Assembly (NCBI GenBank): GCA_027450205.1 | Contig: DAIDJL010000002.1 | Location: 93,758 to 157,757, forward strand | Direction of reading: 5' to 3' | DNA length: 64,000 nt | Origin: Candidatus Parcubacteria bacterium | GTDB taxonomy: Bacteria; Patescibacteriota; Minisyncoccia; UBA6257; 2-01-FULL-56-20 | In this document: piece by piece, positions 60,157-64,000 of the stretch | Layout: each line of letters opens with the position of its first letter | How positions within the stretch are numbered: the first letter of the stretch is position 1 | Translations under genes and position numbers: made by a program | Notes under the pieces: model-generated | What the model was told of the DNA's origin: nothing | Database searches by the model: none | What the model saw: the letters and a program-made list of their open reading frames with translations, nothing else

Positions 60157-61077
60157 TTAATTATCACCCATATGTTCATCCGACCTTCCGGCCTGCGGAA
60201 CAACGACAAACGGAGTGGTTGTCGTTGCACTGATGGAGGCGCCCAAAACAGCGCCATCGGCGGAGCTGGGTCCGTCGGAGCCCGTCCCGTCCCGGGTCGA
60301 TGTCGTTCCGCCCCCGCCATCGCCACGACTCCCGCTCCCGCACTGGAGATTGAATTGCCTCAGGGCATCCGGATGCGCAACAAGCTCCCCGTCAAGATGA
60401 CCGAAGAGGACGCTGGATGTACTGCTGTCAAAAGCGGCGCAGTACACATTCAGGGGGTTGGATCCCCGTTCCGCGGGCGGCGGGGTCGTTACCGATAGCG
60501 ACGGCGATCCCTGGCCGTGGCCCCGGTTACCGTGGCTGAAAACACCGGCGGAGCCATGAGTGGTAATTCCGACAGCGGTCGAAGTGTCGGCGGGATTGCC
60601 GGCCGAAGCGCCGGTGATCGCGGCGAGAGAGCTGCTGATCTCGCTGTCCAGGTCATCCGTTAGTGCGGGGATGAGCGTGCTCGTCGGATGCGACGCCCGC
60701 AAAGCATCGATCTCCTTTACGCGCCGCACGGCGAACGTCGCTTCAAGCCGCGGTTTCTGCGATGCAGGCGTGAACGTAAGCTGGATATTCTCGCTGAGGC
60801 GCTTCAGTGGATAGAGCGGATTCGTCGCGGAGACGTTCGCGGTGTCGGCATATACGGACATACCGGCAGCCACGCACACTACCGCCATCGCAACGACGCC
60901 AATCTTAAAGAACATCGCCATGCCTGCCGTGCGCTCCATGCGCTCGGTCGCAAGCGCGGACGCGTCAAAAGCGGCCAGAAACTGTTCCCTGCCTTTCTCT
61001 ATAAATTCCTTGCGCGGCGCGAGGCTCTTTTGCGCCGCACGTGGAAGCCCTTCGGTTTTGCGGATAAAAAATTTCAT
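60157..61077 (-). CDS. Putative anti-sigma factor / membrane protein cotranscribed with the ECF sigma factor
   Basis: ATGA overlap with the sigma gene stop; single TM helix; Ser/Thr/Gly-rich extracytoplasmic tail. Confidence 0.45.
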   Translation of the reverse strand: MKFFIRKTEGLPRAAQKSLAPRKEFIEKGREQFLAAFDASALATERMERTAGMAMFFKIGVVAMAVVCVAAGMSVYADTANVSATNPLYPLKRLSENIQLTFTPASQKPRLEATFAVRRVKEIDALRASHPTSTLIPALTDDLDSEISSSLAAITGASAGNPADTSTAVGITTHGSAGVFSHGNRGHGQGSPSLSVTTPPPAERGSNPLNVYCAAFDSSTSSVLFGHLDGELVAHPDALRQFNLQCGSGSRGDGGGGTTSTRDGTGSDGPSSADGAVLGASISATTTTPFVVVPQAGRSDEHMGDN

Positions 61078-61625
61078 TTGAATTCCTTTTGTATCTTCTC
61101 TTTAAGGCGAAGCGCTGCCACGCGCAACGTCCCTTCGGGTTTTTCCAGAATATTCGCAATATCTTTATACGACATCTCCGCGGCGAACCGCAGTTCAAAG
61201 AGTTCCTGCTCTTCGCGCGAGAACGTGCTCACCACCATCTTTAGTCGGCGATATTCCAGCACGTTGTCCGTGTCCGGGATCTCCCCCACTGACATCGCGG
61301 CAACTTCGTCGTCCTCGAACTGTGAGAACGGGGCCGCTTTTTTTTGGCGGTAATGATCAATGAGCGTGTTGCGCGCCATCCTCCAGAACCATACCGTGAA
61401 CCTTCCCTTTTTTTCGTCGAAACTCCCGATATGCTCGATCAATTTTATAAAAATCTCCTGGGAAAGATCTTCTGCAGCCTCGCGCGAGCCGGTTCGGGAA
61501 AGTACGAACCCGTAAAGCTTTGGCGCAAGCTCGTCATATAGCGCTCCCCCCGCCGCACGGCTGCCCTTCTTCATGCGGGCCACCAGGCGGTCCAAGCGGT
61601 CGCGTTGTAAATCCTTAAATTCCAT
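61074..61625 (-). CDS. ECF-type RNA polymerase sigma-70 family factor
   Basis: Region 2 (LSQEIFIKLIEHIGSFD) and region 4 (MSYKDIANILEKPEGTLRVAALRLKEK); 183 aa. Confidence 0.8.
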   Translation of the reverse strand: MEFKDLQRDRLDRLVARMKKGSRAAGGALYDELAPKLYGFVLSRTGSREAAEDLSQEIFIKLIEHIGSFDEKKGRFTVWFWRMARNTLIDHYRQKKAAPFSQFEDDEVAAMSVGEIPDTDNVLEYRRLKMVVSTFSREEQELFELRFAAEMSYKDIANILEKPEGTLRVAALRLKEKIQKEFK

Positions 61626-61700
61626 AGCTATATACGAATGGTATTATAAAACGTTACCAGAAGTTTAACACGACCATCGGTCAAGGGTCTCACTGCATTG

Positions 61701-61772
61701 TGCTCTCGACAGGAATCGAACCTGTACCACCTCCTTCGGAGGGAGATATTCTATCCATTAAACTACGAGAGC
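61701..61772 (-). tRNA. tRNA-Arg (anticodon CCG)
   Basis: Minus strand: acceptor gctctcg/cgagagc; anticodon stem tctcc/ggagg with loop ctCCGaa; T arm acagg-ttcgatt-cctgt. Confidence 0.75.
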
Positions 61773-61823
61773 GTATAGCGGCGCGGCGCGAACGCTATCC
61801 GGACGCGACAACCGAGCACAGGC

Positions 61824-62945
61824 CTATCTTACTATAAATGCATAGAGGGAGTAAATCGCAGCGCAAACAAAGATGAGAGAGAGGGCATCGAGCAGGATTT
61901 TCTCCCGCGTGGCGAGCGTGAGCGTGCGACGCCCGACGGAGATGATAAGAAGATATTGCGTGCTGATGAACACGCCGCCGGCGACACTCACGATCGTTAA
62001 AAGATCATTAAGCCCTGACAGAGCGGCGGCGCACGGGATAAGGATGATCGCGGCGCGCGAGGCGATGGAATTCCACGCGAGATCTTTCTCGAGCGCGCCA
62101 CGGATCTCCCGCGCGAGCGGCAATGAGACTACGGCGATCGATGCAAGACCTATGCCCGCGAGCACATCCCTGCGCCATATCGGCCAGCCGAACGTCCCCG
62201 AGATCGTGTCCGTCGCAACGTGCGCCGTTGTACCGATCACGCCGAGCGCAAAAAGCCAATAGAGCAACCCGGTAAATGCAGTGCCGGCAATAAAAATAAT
62301 AAGCATGCCCGCGCCGAGACCATCGCCATTCTTTACTTTCGGGCGGACAAGCTCATACACCTGTTCCACGCTCGTCCACCCGGCGAGTGAAAAGAGTACG
62401 GCGCCGAACGGAAGGAAGAAATTCTGCGGGGCCGCGAGCGGCATGTTCGCGAACGCGGCGCCCGCATGGCCGGAAAAATATATGAAGAGTATCGCAAAAG
62501 AGACGAGCGCAACGCCGGTTGCCTCAAGCCCGGCGATCCTCCCTTCGCTCCCCCAGATGAGGCCCGCAAGCAGAAGCCAGCACAGCATAAGCGCGGCAGA
62601 GGCGGGAATTCCCGGGAGTAATATTCTTATAAATTGCGCCCCAAGCACGAGATAAGCAACAAATCCAAGCAACAGGCCGATCACAATCGCGAAAAATCCG
62701 ATCCAAAATCCGGTGGCGCCAAAATAGTTCCGCGCAAGACCGAGCAGGCGCTCTTCCTCGTGCACCGCACCAAGTGTACGCAAATAGATGACATGCGCCA
62801 GAGAAACGACCGCTATAAGCGCAACAAAATATCCCAGTGCGACCACCCACCCCGACGCCTGAATGACGTACGGCAATGCGAAAACACCCATTCCGATCGT
62901 CGCCGCGGCAACGATCGCCGCAATGATGAGAGGATTTTTGACCAT
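61824..62945 (-). CDS. Amino acid transporter-like polytopic membrane protein (APC/HAAAP-like)
   Basis: 373 aa, about 11 TM helices. Confidence 0.55.
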   Translation of the reverse strand: MVKNPLIIAAIVAAATIGMGVFALPYVIQASGWVVALGYFVALIAVVSLAHVIYLRTLGAVHEEERLLGLARNYFGATGFWIGFFAIVIGLLLGFVAYLVLGAQFIRILLPGIPASAALMLCWLLLAGLIWGSEGRIAGLEATGVALVSFAILFIYFSGHAGAAFANMPLAAPQNFFLPFGAVLFSLAGWTSVEQVYELVRPKVKNGDGLGAGMLIIFIAGTAFTGLLYWLFALGVIGTTAHVATDTISGTFGWPIWRRDVLAGIGLASIAVVSLPLAREIRGALEKDLAWNSIASRAAIILIPCAAALSGLNDLLTIVSVAGGVFISTQYLLIISVGRRTLTLATREKILLDALSLIFVCAAIYSLYAFIVR

Positions 62946-62951
62946 GCGCCC

Positions 62952-63353
62952 CTATCTCTTATACACCAGATCCCCCTCCCGAACGCGCTTCTTCAGCTTG
63001 ATGCCGATCTGCTTCCCCTTCTTTGCCACCGCCACCGGCTTGTGGTCAAACTGCATGGATTTTGCTTTCTCGGTAAAATCGGTTGTCGCGCCTTTGAAAT
63101 ATAATTCCGAACCTGTTTTTACGTTCGTATTGAATTTAACGATCGCAACCTTGATATGCGTATAATAGTGCGTCACCCTGCCGACGGGTTTCACCTTTTT
63201 CCCGCCGGGCGGTCTTTTTACACCAGCCTTCTTTGCCGATCTTTTAACGACCCTCTTTGGCGCTTTCTTTTTCGGCGCCGCTTTTGCTTTCCTTTTCTTC
63301 ACGCTTTTCCTCTTCATAATATTATTCGATCTCCCTTTTTTCTTCCTCGGCAT
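62952..63353 (-). CDS. Lys-rich basic protein with a C-terminal beta-rich domain
   Basis: N-terminal KKRKAKAAPKKKAPKR low-complexity region; alternative start at MKRKSV (63317) would remove the overlap with the LOG-family gene. Confidence 0.4.
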   Translation of the reverse strand: MPRKKKGRSNNIMKRKSVKKRKAKAAPKKKAPKRVVKRSAKKAGVKRPPGGKKVKPVGRVTHYYTHIKVAIVKFNTNVKTGSELYFKGATTDFTEKAKSMQFDHKPVAVAKKGKQIGIKLKKRVREGDLVYKR

Positions 63354-63906
63354 AAATCAATGCGACCACTTTTTCAACCAGCGACCTTGGGTCGGAGTCG
63401 AACACCGCCTTTCCATTGCCGCGATGCGCGATCTTAAGAATGTGCTCAAGCTCGTCGCTTGTGCCGCCGGTGCCGGTCAGCACGCCCTGCGGCTTCTTGT
63501 CCTCAAACGCGATCGTAAACTCGTTCAGTGTTCCGATGCGGCCATAGATCGTAATGACCGCGTCAGCCGAACGGGTAAGCAATAAGTTGCGGCCTGAATA
63601 ACCAAAGCCGGTATATATAATGAGGTCGTGATAGTCGAGCGGCAAGCGATAGGTTCTCACATGCGCCGCCTTGGACTCGGCGGGCGAAAGCCCGATGACG
63701 ATGCCGCCCGCTTCCTTTGCCCCTTTTGCCGCGTACCACGGGATGCCGGTGGTCGCTCCATCCACGAGCACGATGCCCGCTTCGGCGATAAGCTTGCCGA
63801 TCAGCTCCGCCTTCTCTATGGTGCCCGGCGGGCAATGCTCGATTTCCGCCGCGCCGGAAATGCAGATCTTATATTTAAGATGATATGCTGTATCGATTTT
63901 TTTCAT
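63322..63906 (-). CDS. LOG / TIGR00725 family Rossmann-fold protein
   Basis: ICISGAA ... ITIYGRIGTLNEF (GGxGTxxE-like); 194 aa. Confidence 0.65.
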   Translation of the reverse strand: MKKIDTAYHLKYKICISGAAEIEHCPPGTIEKAELIGKLIAEAGIVLVDGATTGIPWYAAKGAKEAGGIVIGLSPAESKAAHVRTYRLPLDYHDLIIYTGFGYSGRNLLLTRSADAVITIYGRIGTLNEFTIAFEDKKPQGVLTGTGGTSDELEHILKIAHRGNGKAVFDSDPRSLVEKVVALIYAEEEKREIE

Positions 63907-64000
63907 GATATTTTAATAGTATTCTATCACAAGCCGGCGCATTTCGGCGCATTACAAAACAACGCTCTCGTTCGCATGCGGCACTTCGGCGACGACGCCA

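Overview
This window reads as a compact bacterial genome of the CPR/Patescibacteria type: small, tightly packed genes, few biosynthetic pathways, many membrane and surface proteins. It is compositionally mosaic.

(1) 1-5600 is AT-rich (by eye) and carries sugar-modification genes: an epimerase, GT2 and other glycosyltransferases, a sugar nucleotidyltransferase and three methyltransferases. It abuts a GC-rich GDP-fucose module (alpha-1,2-fucosyltransferase, fcl, gmd) and a Wzy_C/O-antigen-ligase-like membrane protein. Together these predict a methylated deoxyhexose surface glycan pathway.

(2) 10.8-39.6 kb and 50.4-64 kb are GC-rich core. Calls here include rny, gpmI, secG, the trpS, ileS and argS aminoacyl-tRNA synthetase genes, smpB, rnj, infC-rpmI-rplT, polX, a Clp/Hsp100 ATPase, a family-4 UDG, an ECF sigma factor, tRNA-Leu(CAG) and tRNA-Arg(CCG).

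(3) About 39.6-50.4 kb is an AT-rich accessory island. It carries a small-ORF plus large serine recombinase pair, a HigB/HigA-like toxin-antitoxin pair, a wHTH-HATPase-STAS(DUF4325) regulator, secreted/IPT-TIG surface proteins, and at least two dispersed repeat families.

Most unusual observations:
- IleRS carries an inserted full histidine-phosphatase (RHG/PGM-like) domain of about 210 aa between the CP1 editing domain and the KMSKS half.
- The Clp ATPase is membrane-anchored and its first nucleotide-binding domain has degenerate Walker A and Walker B motifs.
- A GC-rich, helix-closed element of about 175 nt lies between argS and smpB and did not match tmRNA, SRP RNA, RNase P or T-box motifs checked by eye.
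- Long perfect inverted-repeat hairpin elements sit upstream of gpmI and next to tRNA-Leu.
- A 3' tRNA-like fragment is embedded in the recombinase 3' end.

Many long ORFs in the GC-rich parts are antisense artefacts and were rejected.
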